Shown: in pieces, positions 1 through 12,080 of the stretch | How positions within the stretch are numbered: the first letter of the stretch is position 1 | How the letters are laid out: each line of letters starts with the position of its first letter | Notes under the pieces: model-generated | What the model saw: only the letters and a program-made list of their open reading frames with translations | The model's database searches: none | What the model was told of the DNA's origin: nothing | Source of the DNA: an uncultured bacterium | GTDB taxonomy: Bacteria > Krumholzibacteriota > Krumholzibacteriia > LZORAL124-64-63 | Assembly (NCBI GenBank): GCA_963727525.1 | Contig: CAVSGO010000005.1 | Coordinates: 192,001 to 256,000, forward strand | DNA length: 64,000 bases | Direction: 5' to 3' | Made by a program: the position numbers and the translations under genes

Positions 1-627
1 CTGCTGGGGAACCTCACATTGTTGATTCCCGACGACGGTAAGGCGTTCAACCACTATGCGCACTTCCTGGAGACGCTGATCCACGGCTGGCTGATCATCG
101 CTTTCGAGGTGGGGCTGGTCCTTGCCTTCCTCGTCCACGCGATCTACGCGGTGACGGTCGCACTGGTGGACAAACAACGCGCGCGCCCGCAGAAGTACGC
201 CTTGCAGCGCGATGCGGGCGGCAAGAGCCGCAAGACGCTGGCCTCGCGGTCGATGATCGTGACGGGTCCGGTCATCCTGCTCTTCGTGATCATCCACGTG
301 AAGATGTTCAAGTTCGCGCACCATCCCGACGTGACGTACGACGGCACCACGATGAAGAATCTGTACGCCGTGGTCGTCGACGCGTTCAAGCAGCCACTCA
401 TCATGATCGCCTACATCGTGGTGATGCTGCTGCTGGGCACCCATCTATGGCACGGCGTGTGGAGTGCGTTCCAGTCGATGGGCTGGAACAGCGATCGCCA
501 CGTGAAGGTGCTCACGCGACTGTCGGTAGTGTTCGGGATCCTACTCGGCTTCGGCTTCCTGATCCTGCCGGCCTATGTGTTCTTCTTCGTCAATCCGGCC
601 GCCGCTGTCGCCGTGGGAGGTCATTGA
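1..627 (+). CDS. sdhC: succinate dehydrogenase/fumarate reductase cytochrome b subunit (5' partial)
   Basis: Hydrophobic helices with heme-type His motifs (LVHAI, IIHV, THLWHG..SAFQS.G); directly upstream of sdhA; frame open from window edge. Confidence 0.9.
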   Translation: MLGNLTLLIPDDGKAFNHYAHFLETLIHGWLIIAFEVGLVLAFLVHAIYAVTVALVDKQRARPQKYALQRDAGGKSRKTLASRSMIVTGPVILLFVIIHVKMFKFAHHPDVTYDGTTMKNLYAVVVDAFKQPLIMIAYIVVMLLLGTHLWHGVWSAFQSMGWNSDRHVKVLTRLSVVFGILLGFGFLILPAYVFFFVNPAAAVAVGGH

Positions 628-629
628 TC

Positions 630-2555
<1,926 letters not shown>

Positions 2556-2567
2556 GGAGGTGGCCCG

Positions 2568-3326
2568 ATGGCCGAGACCCGGACCGTTCATCTGAAGATC
2601 TGGCGGCAGAAGCGCGGAGAGTCGCGGGGCCGCTTCGAGACCTATACCGTGGGCGACGTGCTGCCCGAGATGTCGTTCCTCGAGGTGCTGGACATTCTCA
2701 ACGAGGACCTCGCCAGGCAGGGCGCGGAACCCGTGGAATTCGACAGCGACTGCCGCGAGGGCATCTGCGGCACCTGCGGCCTCGTGATCAAGGGTATCGC
2801 TCACGGCCCCGAGGCTGCGTGCACCACCTGCGAGATCCGCATGCGCCAGTTCAAGGACGGCGAGACCATCACGGTGGAGCCGTTCCGCGCCGGCCCGTTC
2901 CCCATCATCAAGGACCTCGTGGTCGACCGTACCGCCTTCGACCGCATCCAGCAGAAAGGCGGGTTCGTCTCCGCCAACGTGGGCTCCGCCCCCGACGGCA
3001 ACGCGATCCCCGTGCCCAAGGTGGATGCCGACAAGGCCATGGACAGCGCGTCATGCATCGGCTGCGGCGCCTGCGTCGCGGCGTGCCCGAACGCCTCGGC
3101 GTCGCTCTTCGTCAGCGCCAAGATCGCGCAGCTCGCGCGCCTGCCCCAGGGCGATCCCGAGCGGAAGCGCCGCGCGCTGGCAATGGTGGCGCGGATGGAC
3201 GAGGAGGGTTTCGGCGATTGCTCCAACCACGGCGAGTGCGAGGCGGTGTGCCCGAAGGAGATCTCCATCGAGAACATCGCTGTCATGCGCCGCGAGTACC
3301 TGAAGGCGATCCTGCGCGGCGTCTGA
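2568..3326 (+). CDS. sdhB: succinate dehydrogenase/fumarate reductase iron-sulfur subunit
   Basis: [10 protein letters not shown] 2Fe-2S motif, [12 protein letters not shown] and [12 protein letters not shown] ferredoxin motifs; AAGGAGG RBS. Confidence 0.97.
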   Translation: MAETRTVHLKIWRQKRGESRGRFETYTVGDVLPEMSFLEVLDILNEDLARQGAEPVEFDSDCREGICGTCGLVIKGIAHGPEAACTTCEIRMRQFKDGETITVEPFRAGPFPIIKDLVVDRTAFDRIQQKGGFVSANVGSAPDGNAIPVPKVDADKAMDSASCIGCGACVAACPNASASLFVSAKIAQLARLPQGDPERKRRALAMVARMDEEGFGDCSNHGECEAVCPKEISIENIAVMRREYLKAILRGV

Positions 3327-3347
3327 TCACAACCTGCATCCCGTCAC

Positions 3348-3382
3348 GCGACCCGCGCCACTGGAGGCGCGGGTCGCTTTTT
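3348..3382 (+). terminator. intrinsic terminator after sdhB
   Basis: GCGACCCGCGCC-actgga-GGCGCGGGTCGC stem followed by TTTTT. Confidence 0.85.
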
Positions 3383-3415
3383 CATCCTTGGCAACACGCA
3401 TCCCATGTGCCAGAT

Positions 3416-3429
3416 TGACCACCTGGTCA
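3416..3429. promoter_or_regulatory. candidate TetR operator
   Basis: Perfect inverted repeat TGACCA-CC-TGGTCA about 30 bp upstream of the TetR gene. Confidence 0.65.
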
Positions 3430-3459
3430 TTTTCCGTTTCCCGCGCGACCGAGGAGCCC

Positions 3460-4131
3460 ATGGTCGAGACCGAGGCCTTCCGCAATCTGCCCGACCACAA
3501 GCGCGAGCGCGTGCTGCGCGCCGCGGCCGCCGAGTTCGCCGACCGCGGCTACGGCGAGGCGTCGATGAACACGTTGGTGCGCGAGGCCGGCATCAGCAAG
3601 GGTAGCTTGTACCAGTACTTCAAGACCAAGCTCGACCTCTACGATCGTATTGTGGCGGCAGCCACCGGTCTCGCCAAGGGCCTCCTGCGCGATGCGCGCG
3701 ACTCGTCACGCGACCAGCCCCTGCCCGCGCGCCTTACCACGGTGCTCCGCACGGGCTTCCGCTTCATCGACGACCACCCTCACCTGGCGCGTATCTACTT
3801 CCGGCTGCTCGGCGGCGATGCGGCACCCTTCAAGGCGGCGCGGCTGCAGAGTCTTCACCGCCAGAGCCGCGAATTCGTACACGATCTGCTCGCCGAGGCG
3901 CGTGAGCGAGGCGAGGTTCGTGCCGACATCGACCTGCCGCGCGCCGCCTACCTCGTGCACGGCCTACTGCAGCAGATGCTCGCCGCCTACGACACTCGCC
4001 ATGTCGACTCTGGCCTGGGTCTCTACCACGGCGACACCGCCGAGGTCGAGCGCTGGGTCGCCACCGCCACCACGCTCGTCACCACCGGCCTGGCGACGCC
4101 CACCCGCCAGCGATCCCGAGGAAAGACATGA
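3460..4131 (+). CDS. TetR/AcrR family transcriptional regulator
   Basis: N-terminal HTH 'AAAAEFADRGY...SMNTLVREAGISKGSLYQYFKTK'; GAGGAG RBS. Confidence 0.92.
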   Translation: MVETEAFRNLPDHKRERVLRAAAAEFADRGYGEASMNTLVREAGISKGSLYQYFKTKLDLYDRIVAAATGLAKGLLRDARDSSRDQPLPARLTTVLRTGFRFIDDHPHLARIYFRLLGGDAAPFKAARLQSLHRQSREFVHDLLAEARERGEVRADIDLPRAAYLVHGLLQQMLAAYDTRHVDSGLGLYHGDTAEVERWVATATTLVTTGLATPTRQRSRGKT

Positions 4132-5087
4132 TCAAGCGCCCCACGCCTCTCGTGCTCTTTCTCGTCCTGCTCGTCCACGTCCTGCTCGTCGGCTGCGGCG
4201 GCAAGACGCCGCCCGACGGCGCCACCACCGTCCGCTTCGGCGTGTTGCCGGTGCTGCAAGCCCTCGAGCTGTTCGCCGCTGCCGATGGCGGCGACTTCGC
4301 GCGCGCCGGCTTGACGGTGGAACTGGTGCCCTTCGACACGGCCGCCGACAAGGACATCGCTCTTGCCGCTGGCCGCATCGACGGCTATTTCGGCGACCTG
4401 TTCACCCCCATCGTGGTGCGCGGCAATGGCGTCGACTGCCGCATCGTCGCCACGAACTACGATACGCGGCAGGACCGGCGCATGTTCGCCGTCGTGGGCA
4501 AGCCCGGAGGCGGCTACGCCACCGCGGCTTCGCTCGCCGACGTGCCGGTGGCCATCTCCAGCAACTCGGTCATCCACTACGTCACGGCGACGCTGCTGGG
4601 CGAGGCCGGTCTGGCACCCGCGCACTTCGCGACCTACGAATCGAAGAACATCGGCATCCGCATGCAGATGCTCATGAGCGGCCAGCTCGAGGCGGCCACG
4701 CTGCCCGAACCGCTGGCCACGGCCGCGCTGCGCGGCGGCGCCACTCTGGTGGCCGATGACCGCGGCCTCGAAGCGAGCCAGACGGTACTCGTCTTCCGCG
4801 AAGCCTTCCTGCGCGAGCACCACGACGCAGCCTCGCGCTTCGTGCAAGCCGTGGCCGCCGCGCGCGAGCGCCTGGGCGCCGACCCGGTGGCCGCGCGGAC
4901 GGTGATGACCGCGAACGTGCGCGTACCCGAGGCGCTCCAGGCCACCTATCCCGTGCCCTCGTTCCCGCCGCTCGCAGCCCCGTCGGCGGCGGCCGTCGCC
5001 GCGGCGAGCGCCTGGCTGCGCGAGCGCGGCGTGCTCGCAGCACCACTCGCGTACGCCGACATCGTCGACACCACGCTGGTGAAGTAG
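4128..5087 (+). CDS. ABC transporter substrate-binding lipoprotein (NitT/TauT/SsuA-like)
   Basis: Lipobox-like LLVGC; 'AATLPEP' motif; followed by ATPase and permease. Confidence 0.85.
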   Translation: MIKRPTPLVLFLVLLVHVLLVGCGGKTPPDGATTVRFGVLPVLQALELFAAADGGDFARAGLTVELVPFDTAADKDIALAAGRIDGYFGDLFTPIVVRGNGVDCRIVATNYDTRQDRRMFAVVGKPGGGYATAASLADVPVAISSNSVIHYVTATLLGEAGLAPAHFATYESKNIGIRMQMLMSGQLEAATLPEPLATAALRGGATLVADDRGLEASQTVLVFREAFLREHHDAASRFVQAVAAARERLGADPVAARTVMTANVRVPEALQATYPVPSFPPLAAPSAAAVAAASAWLRERGVLAAPLAYADIVDTTLVK

Positions 5088-5096
5088 GGTCTGGCG

Positions 5097-5855
5097 ATGC
5101 TCGGCGTCCACGATCTCCGCCTCGACTACGCCGGCGACCGCGGCCGCGTGACCGCGTTCACCGGCGTCGATCTGCAGCTCGAGGCGGGCCGAACCCTGGC
5201 GGTGCTCGGCCCCACGGGGTGTGGCAAATCGTCGCTGCTGCTGGCGCTCGCCGGACTCCACCGCCCCTCGCAAGGCCGCGTCGTGTTCCAGGACCAGCCG
5301 CTCCTGCGCCCCCACCCACGCATCGCCCTCGTGTTGCAGGACTACGGGCTCTTCCCCTGGAAGACGGTACGGGACAACGTGGCGCTGGGCCTGCGCATTC
5401 GCGGTCTCTCCGACCTGCCCGCCGTCTTTCGCCTCGTGGGCGACCTGGGGCTCAGCGACAAGCTCGACGCGTACCCCCGTGAGCTGTCCGGCGGTCAGAA
5501 GCAGCGCACCGCGCTGGCGCGGGCACTCGTGCTCGATCCCGAGCTGCTCCTGCTCGACGAACCGTTTGCCGCCCTCGACACGCTCACTCGCGAGCGCCTG
5601 CAGGATCTGCTGGCCGACGTCTGGCGCCTGCGCCGGTTCGCTTTCGTACTGGTAACCCACGACATCGCGGAGGCCGTGTGTCTGGGGCAACGCATCGCCA
5701 TCATGAGTGCCGCGCCGGGCCGCGTGGTCGCGACGGTCACCAATCCGCTCGCACTGATGGATGCCCCGCGCCGGCATGCCGATTTCGCGTCGATGGTCGG
5801 CGACGTGCGCGCCGTGCTCGAACGCGAGGCAGCCTTCCAGGGAGGCGCCGCGTGA
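5097..5855 (+). CDS. ABC transporter ATP-binding protein (NitT/TauT family)
   Basis: Walker A GPTGCGKS, LSGGQ signature, LLLLDEPF Walker B, VTHD. Confidence 0.95.
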   Translation: MLGVHDLRLDYAGDRGRVTAFTGVDLQLEAGRTLAVLGPTGCGKSSLLLALAGLHRPSQGRVVFQDQPLLRPHPRIALVLQDYGLFPWKTVRDNVALGLRIRGLSDLPAVFRLVGDLGLSDKLDAYPRELSGGQKQRTALARALVLDPELLLLDEPFAALDTLTRERLQDLLADVWRLRRFAFVLVTHDIAEAVCLGQRIAIMSAAPGRVVATVTNPLALMDAPRRHADFASMVGDVRAVLEREAAFQGGAA

Positions 5856-6592
5856 CCCGCACCGGAGCGTATACCGCCGCGCTGGCCAGCGTTGTGATCG
5901 TGTGGCAGATCCTGGCGATGCTGGCCGGACCGGCCGTGGTGGCCCCGCCGGCCGCCGTGGTCGCGCTGCTGGTGCGCGAGCTGGGCACCGCGCTCTACTG
6001 GCAGCACGTGACGGCCTCGACCCTGCGCATCCTCGCCGCGCTGGGTATCGCCTTCGTGACCGCCGTCCCGTTGGGACTGGCGCTGGGTTCGAGCCGGCGT
6101 CTCGACCGCTGGTCGCGGCCGCTGATCTACCTCAGCTATCCGGTGCCCAAGATCGTGCTCTTGCCTCTCGTCTTTCTCGTGTTCGGCATCGGCGACGGCG
6201 GCAAGATCGCCATGCTGGCCTTGATCCTCTTCTTCCAGCTCCTGGTCTCCACCCGCGACGCGGCCGTGGCCGTGAGCCGCGAGCACAAGTACGCGCTGTA
6301 CAGCCTCGGCGGCGGGCGGCGCCACCTCTTCATGCATGTGATCTGGCCGGCGTGCCTGCCGGCGGTGTTCACCTCGCTGCGCATCGCCACCGGCACGGTA
6401 GTGGCGGTGCTGTTCTTCGTGGAATCGCTCGGCACCCGCCGCGGACTCGGCTACTACATCATCGACGCGTGGGGCCGCGCAGCCACCGCGCAGATCTTCG
6501 TCGGCATCCTCACCCTCGCCGCGCTCGGCGTGGTCCTCTACGAGATCTGCGATGGTCTCGAGCGGACGTTCTGCCGCTGGCAGCGCGGTTGA
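5852..6592 (+). CDS. ABC transporter permease (NitT/TauT family)
   Basis: Multi-TM, 'YPVPKIVLLP', EAA-like loop; GTG start overlaps ATPase stop (GTGA). Confidence 0.9.
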   Translation: MTRTGAYTAALASVVIVWQILAMLAGPAVVAPPAAVVALLVRELGTALYWQHVTASTLRILAALGIAFVTAVPLGLALGSSRRLDRWSRPLIYLSYPVPKIVLLPLVFLVFGIGDGGKIAMLALILFFQLLVSTRDAAVAVSREHKYALYSLGGGRRHLFMHVIWPACLPAVFTSLRIATGTVVAVLFFVESLGTRRGLGYYIIDAWGRAATAQIFVGILTLAALGVVLYEICDGLERTFCRWQRG

Positions 6593-6615
6593 ACCGCCAG
6601 CAAGGAGACGTGCGC

Positions 6616-7809
6616 ATGCGCCTGGTCGCGAGTCTGATCCTGTTCCTCATCCTGTCCGCCGCCGCCTCCGCGCAGGTGGAGCGCGCCGAGATGACCACCC
6701 TGTGGCAAGACACCCACGAGATCCTCACCGCCGAGAACGGCAATCTGCCCCCCGACACCGACGTGGGCGCCGGATACTACCTCGGCCGCCTGCGTCTACA
6801 GGACTCGCGCGGCTTCCCGATGTACGAGCTTCGCTACGCCTACACCGACAATGGCGCCGGCGTCGACCTGCGCGACCTGCGGCTCGCCGCCGAACAGCCC
6901 CTCCCCCTGGCCGGCTGGACGGCCAAGGGCCTCTACGTGGAGCAGAATCCCGCGAGCAGCGACCCCTCACACTACACCGCGCTGTACCTCGACGGCGCCG
7001 TGCAGGGGGTCATGTTCTCCGCCGGCATCGATCACGCAAGCTTGCCAGCCACGTCCCTGAGCGTCGGCTCGTTGCGCGCGAAGTACCGCACCGGACCCGT
7101 GACGTTGCTCGCCGGGGGATCCAACGAGACCGACGAGAAGGCGCGCTGGCTGGGGGGCGGCCTCGTGGAGCTGCCGGGCCAGGTCATGGTAGGCGGCATG
7201 TTCGGCCACTGGGCCGAGGACGACGGCTTCGCCGTGAACGTGGGCCGGTACAACCGCTTCGGCGACTTCGCCGGCATGCCCTCATTCTCGCTCAATTACA
7301 TCGAGGTGCCCACGCTCTACAAGTGGACCAACTTCCGCGTGATGTGGGGCGACCGCGGCATCCACTACGTGCCGCCCACCTTCAGCAGCACGACGTTCAC
7401 CGGGCAGTACGACATCAACATGGGACTGCTGCTACACGAACTGGTGCCGGACAACTACCGCCACTTCGACGCACCGCTGCTCTTCAAGCGCTACGACGAG
7501 TACGGTCGCGTGGCACTGCGCGTGAACTTCCTGGAGACCCCGACGAGCTTCCGCAAGCTCGACGTGAGCCTGAGCACGAACCTCGCCGTGCACGCCGGCC
7601 CTCTTACCTCGGTGCGCGGCATCCTGAGCCTCGAGCGCCTGCACAACCCGGCCTTCGGCTGGCAGGACGACCGCTTCCACCTCACCGGCGCCATGACGAT
7701 CCGCCATGGCCTCTACGCGGGCGTGACCTGGAGCACGGACTTCGGCGACTACAGCCGGACCATGGTCGAGCTGCGCACCGAGTTGCCGCTGCCGTTCTCC
7801 GGTTCCTGA
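6616..7809 (+). CDS. secreted hypothetical protein, probable outer-membrane beta-barrel
   Basis: Signal peptide (..SAAASAQ), alternating aromatic/polar strand pattern; AAGGAG RBS; last gene of the ABC operon. Confidence 0.6.
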   Translation: MRLVASLILFLILSAAASAQVERAEMTTLWQDTHEILTAENGNLPPDTDVGAGYYLGRLRLQDSRGFPMYELRYAYTDNGAGVDLRDLRLAAEQPLPLAGWTAKGLYVEQNPASSDPSHYTALYLDGAVQGVMFSAGIDHASLPATSLSVGSLRAKYRTGPVTLLAGGSNETDEKARWLGGGLVELPGQVMVGGMFGHWAEDDGFAVNVGRYNRFGDFAGMPSFSLNYIEVPTLYKWTNFRVMWGDRGIHYVPPTFSSTTFTGQYDINMGLLLHELVPDNYRHFDAPLLFKRYDEYGRVALRVNFLETPTSFRKLDVSLSTNLAVHAGPLTSVRGILSLERLHNPAFGWQDDRFHLTGAMTIRHGLYAGVTWSTDFGDYSRTMVELRTELPLPFSGS

Positions 7810-7820
7810 GCGCCTGGCAT

Positions 7821-7848
7821 GAAGAAGGGGGCGCCGATCGGCGCCCCC
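7821..7848 (-). terminator. hairpin between convergent genes
   Basis: Perfect palindrome GGGGGCGCCGATCGGCGCCCCC (7827-7848) with TTCTTC tail on minus strand. Confidence 0.7.
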
Positions 7849-7880
7849 AGACGGACGTGCAAGACGTCCTGGCGAGTCAA

Positions 7881-8576
7881 TTACCGGTACAGGCTCTTCA
7901 CTCCGCCCCACGGCATCGGATCGGTCGCCACCACCGAGCCGCCAACCTTGACGTTGGCCAGGTACCAGCCCGGATAGGCCACGCTGCTATCCGCGCCGAG
8001 TTGGAAGCGCAGATCGACCGTCTGGCCCATGAAGTCGGCCAGGTCGAAGCAGCTCGTGATCAGGACCCAGTCGTCCAGGTCGTGGCCCGAGAAGCCCGGC
8101 TCCATGTCGACACAGTACGCGTAGAAGGACGTGCTGGTGCTGATCTCCGGCACCGTGTAGCCCTCCATCGGAGTCACCGGCGTCCCGTTGACCACGAGAT
8201 TGCAGCCATCGAAGTTCAGCTCGGTGTCGAAGTAATGAGTGACCTCGACGAGCTGCGTGGTCTGGTCGACGAGGAAGCTCGGCGAGACGAGTGCCTCACC
8301 CGCATTGTTGGGGTAGTTCCCTGCAAGCACGGTACCCCAGCAGTTGCCGAAGTGCGACTCCGCGCCCCACTCCCAGACAGCCTCGCCACCATCCGGATCG
8401 CAGGTGGCGGTGGTGAAGCCCTGATCGCTGGCCGAGAAATCCCAGTCATAGGTCGTGGCCTCGAGCGGGCACGCAATGCGATAGGACGGCAGGTTCACTG
8501 GACCGTCGTACGGCTTGTCGGCGATCGCCGCGGTGGCAAGCGACAAGATACACACCATCAGAATCAAGTTACGCAT
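7881..8576 (-). CDS. secreted beta-sandwich protein with C-terminal WGGVKSLYR tag
   Basis: Signal peptide MRNLILMVCILSLATAAIA; 'DLADFMGQTVDLRFQLGADSSVAYPGWYLANV' resembles jelly-roll domains of secreted peptidases; GGAGG RBS. Confidence 0.75.
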   Translation of the reverse strand: MRNLILMVCILSLATAAIADKPYDGPVNLPSYRIACPLEATTYDWDFSASDQGFTTATCDPDGGEAVWEWGAESHFGNCWGTVLAGNYPNNAGEALVSPSFLVDQTTQLVEVTHYFDTELNFDGCNLVVNGTPVTPMEGYTVPEISTSTSFYAYCVDMEPGFSGHDLDDWVLITSCFDLADFMGQTVDLRFQLGADSSVAYPGWYLANVKVGGSVVATDPMPWGGVKSLYR

Positions 8577-9109
8577 GTTGGCCTCCCAAATCTTGGATTG
8601 GTCGATCATCTCGGTTTGGTCGAGCGGTGGCACGACCCGTCGCGCTAGCCATTGCCTCGCCACGCGAGGCAGCAGACCACACTGCGAACCTGAGAATAGC
8701 ACAAGACTGGAGCCGGGAGTGGAAAATATCTCATCCCTGGGATGAAATTTTCCCACGATGTCCTCGTCCTCGCGGCGGCTCGAATCCGACCTCACACCAG
8801 CATTAAAGAAAAACTTAAATGCGCGAACGCCTGGCGGGCGGCGAGGTTCCCGGCCCTGCCGGCGGCCGTGATTCTTTTGGGACAATCGAAAATTTTCCTG
8901 GCCGACAAGGGCTCGTTCATGCTGTATTCTATGATGCGACCGTGAGGATCGAGGCGGACCGGGCGTCAACCGCCGCGTCGCTCGTTGATTCTAGGTCAGT
9001 GGTCCGACGCGGCGTCGGATCGGTATCGAGCCCGAGGGCATTCCCGGATGAGGCCGGCGGTCCAGGGGGTTCGCGATCGCCGGTGAAACCGGCACTTGGA
9101 GCGTTCGAC

Positions 9110-9460
9110 GTGAAGAAGATCTATGTGGGAAACCTGCCTTTCAGCGCGACCGAGGACGAAATCACCGAACTGTTCGGCGCACATGGCACCGTGCACTCGG
9201 TGGCCCTGATCAATGATCGGGACACTGGCCGTCCGCGTGGCTTCGGCTTCGTGGAGATGGATGACAACGAAGCGATGGCTGCCATCCAGGCTCTCGACGG
9301 CAAGGAGCTGGGTGGCCGTGCCCTGCGTGTGAACGAGGCCCAGGATCGCCCGCGCGGCGGCGGCGGCGGCGGCGGTGGCCGTGGCGGCATGGGCGGCGGC
9401 GGCGGCCGGGGCCGTGGCGGTTATGGTGGCGGCGGTGGCGGTGGCGGCCGCGGCTGGTAA
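9110..9460 (+). CDS. RRM RNA-binding protein with Gly/RGG-rich tail
   Basis: RNP2 KIYVGNL and RNP1 RGFGFVEM; GTG start 8 nt after GGAG. Confidence 0.95.
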   Translation: MKKIYVGNLPFSATEDEITELFGAHGTVHSVALINDRDTGRPRGFGFVEMDDNEAMAAIQALDGKELGGRALRVNEAQDRPRGGGGGGGGRGGMGGGGGRGRGGYGGGGGGGGRGW

Positions 9461-9488
9461 CTCGCCCGACCTGCACGACAGCACAGAT

Positions 9489-9526
9489 GAGACCCCGCGC
9501 CCTTCCGGGCACGGGGTCTCTTTTTT
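9489..9526 (+). terminator. intrinsic terminator
   Basis: GAGACCCCGCGCCC-ttcc-GGGCACGGGGTCTC stem followed by T6. Confidence 0.85.
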
Positions 9527-9549
9527 GCCGTCAGTCTGCCGCGCCGCGG

Positions 9550-11799
9550 CTACTTGCCGGCCTGATAGCAGGACAGCGCCGCCATGTTCACGATCTCGCG
9601 CTGATCGGAATTGAAGCTCACCACGTTGATGGGGTACTTCAGTCCCGCGAGCAACGGGCCGATGACCTCGCGCTGACCGATGCTGCCCACCAGCTTGTAC
9701 GCGATGTTGCCCGAATGCAGGTCCGGGAAGATCAGCACGTTCGCCTTGCCGCCCACACGGCAGTGCGGGAAGTTGCGCGCGCAGTAGTCCGGCTTCACAG
9801 CCACGTCGCCGTGCATTTCGCCATCCACCACGAGCTCAGGATGCTCTTCCTGCAGGATGCGCACCGCCTCCCTCAGCTTGCGCGTCTTGGGGTGGTTGTT
9901 GTCGCCGAAGTTGGAGAACGACAGCAGCGCCACGACGGGTTCCAGGTTGAATTGACGCGCCACGTCGGCGGCGAGCGTCGCGATGTTCACCAGGTCCCGC
10001 GCCGTGGGATCGATGGTCACCGTCGTGTCGGCGAAGATGTACACCTGCCCCTCGGCCAGGAGCACGTGCATCCCCACCGCGCGCTCCACGCCGGGCTTGG
10101 GATCGATGAGTGGCAACACCACGCGGATCGTATCCACGTACGCGTTGTCGGCACCGGCCACCATGCCGTCGGCCTGGTTCTGGCGCAGCATCATGATGGC
10201 ATGGTGCAGCGGCTCGCGCACCAGCAGGGCAGCCTTGCGCGGCGTGTATCCCTTGCGCGAACGCATGCGATACAGCTCGGCGGCGAACGCCTCGTTCTGG
10301 TCGTTCTCCGCCGGATCTCGCAGCACGCAACGATCGAGATCAAGGCCCACGCGCTCCGCGCGGCTACGGATCACGTCGACGTTTCCGAGCAGCACCGGCG
10401 ACGCGAAACCCTCCTCGATGATCACCCGGCAGGATTCGAGGATCCGCGGGTTCTCGCCCTCGGGGAACACGATGCGCTTCGGCGCGCGCCGCGCACCGGA
10501 GCGGACGGTACGCATGACCTGCTGGCTCTTGCTGGTCATGTTCTCCAGGCGCTCGCGGTACGCCTCCCAGTCGGTGATCGGCTGCTGGGCCACACCCGTC
10601 TCGCACGCGGCCTTCGCCACGGCGACGGCTTCCCATGACAGCACGCGCGAATCGAAAGGCTTGGGAATGATGTACTCGGGGCCGAACTCGAAGCCCTGGC
10701 CGGAGTAGGCCGCGAGCACGTACTCGGGCACCGGCTGGCGCGCCAGCTCGGCGAGGGAGTGCGCGGCCGCCATCTTCATCTCCTCGTTGATCGCCGTCGC
10801 CCGCACGTCGAGGGCGCCGCGGAAGATGAAGGGGAAGCCGAGCACGTTGTTGACCTGGTTCGGGAAGTCGGAGCGCCCCGTCGCCACGATCACGTCGGGA
10901 CGCGCGGCCTTGGCCTCCTCGTACGAGATCTCGGGATCGGGATTGGCGAGCGCGAAGACGATGGGCTTGTCGGCCATGGAGCGCACCATGTCTTGCGTCA
11001 CCAGGCCCTTCACGGAACAGCCCAGGAACACGTCGGCACCCTGCATCGCCTCGGCGAGCGTGCGCTTGTCGGTGTCCTGCGCGAAGTGCGCCTTGAACTC
11101 GTTCACGCCTTCCTTGCGCCCCTTGTAGACCACACCCTTGGTATCGACGAGCAGGAAGTTCTTCAGCGGCACGCCGAGCACCTCGTAGAACGTCGCGCAG
11201 GCGATGGCCGACGCCCCGGCGCCCGACACCACGACTTTCACCTCGGAGAGCTTCTTGCCCTGCAGGAGGCAGGCGTTGATGAGCGCCGCGCCGGAGATGA
11301 TGGCGGTGCCATGCTGGTCGTCGTGGAACACGGGGATCGACATCGTGCGACGCAGCGCCGCCTCGATGTGGAAGCACTCGGGCGCCTTGATGTCCTCGAG
11401 GTTGATGCCGCCGAACGTGGGCTCGAGGAGCTGACAGACCTTGATGATCTCCTCCGGGTCGTGCGTGTTCAACTCGATGTCGAAGACATCGACGTGCGCG
11501 AAGCGCTTGAAGAGCACGCCCTTGCCCTCCATGACCGGCTTGCCGCCCAGCGCGCCGATGTCGCCGAGTCCCAGCACGGCGGTGCCGTTGGACACCACGG
11601 CCACCAGGTTGCCCTTGTTCGTGTACTTGTAGGCGTCGGCGGGGTTCTTCTCGATCTCGAGGCAGGGCACCGCCACACCGGGCGTGTACGCCAGAGAGAG
11701 ATCCCGCGCCGTCAGGCACGGCTTCGTCGGCACGACCTCGGTCTTGCCGGGACGTCCCTCGGAATGGTAATTAAGGGCATCCTGATCACTGATCGACAT
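9550..11799 (-). CDS. maeB: NADP-dependent malic enzyme with phosphotransacetylase-like C-terminal domain
   Basis: [48 protein letters not shown] domain 'RIVFPEGE...DGEMHGD'. Confidence 0.96.
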   Translation of the reverse strand: MSISDQDALNYHSEGRPGKTEVVPTKPCLTARDLSLAYTPGVAVPCLEIEKNPADAYKYTNKGNLVAVVSNGTAVLGLGDIGALGGKPVMEGKGVLFKRFAHVDVFDIELNTHDPEEIIKVCQLLEPTFGGINLEDIKAPECFHIEAALRRTMSIPVFHDDQHGTAIISGAALINACLLQGKKLSEVKVVVSGAGASAIACATFYEVLGVPLKNFLLVDTKGVVYKGRKEGVNEFKAHFAQDTDKRTLAEAMQGADVFLGCSVKGLVTQDMVRSMADKPIVFALANPDPEISYEEAKAARPDVIVATGRSDFPNQVNNVLGFPFIFRGALDVRATAINEEMKMAAAHSLAELARQPVPEYVLAAYSGQGFEFGPEYIIPKPFDSRVLSWEAVAVAKAACETGVAQQPITDWEAYRERLENMTSKSQQVMRTVRSGARRAPKRIVFPEGENPRILESCRVIIEEGFASPVLLGNVDVIRSRAERVGLDLDRCVLRDPAENDQNEAFAAELYRMRSRKGYTPRKAALLVREPLHHAIMMLRQNQADGMVAGADNAYVDTIRVVLPLIDPKPGVERAVGMHVLLAEGQVYIFADTTVTIDPTARDLVNIATLAADVARQFNLEPVVALLSFSNFGDNNHPKTRKLREAVRILQEEHPELVVDGEMHGDVAVKPDYCARNFPHCRVGGKANVLIFPDLHSGNIAYKLVGSIGQREVIGPLLAGLKYPINVVSFNSDQREIVNMAALSCYQAGK

Positions 11800-12080
11800 G
11801 GTCCACGCATCCTTTCCCGGCCAGCAACGCCACGTCCGTCCACGGGCGCGAGGCCCGGGACGCTCGGAATCGTCGGCACCAAGATCGTGCACGGGCACCG
11901 CCGGAGTCCAGTGGAGATGTGCATGAAAGCGAGCTTAGAATATCGAATGAATCTGGTCGACTATTTCCTGACGGCCTCTGCAGACCCCTGCAGCTGAAAT
12001 CGCCACTCAATAGGTAGCGGCCGCGACCGAAACCAAGGTGCAATCGGTTTCACCCCGCCACGAGCGAGGAAGGTGACGGA

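Noticed and set aside
9350-9457. (GGC)n microsatellite / phase-variation tract
   Set aside because: Simply encodes the Gly/RGG tail of the RRM protein; same in the paralogue
11960-12080. Riboswitch (e.g. c-di-GMP) upstream of the pilin gene
   Set aside because: Only a short GAAACC/GGTTTC stem; no recognisable aptamer consensus
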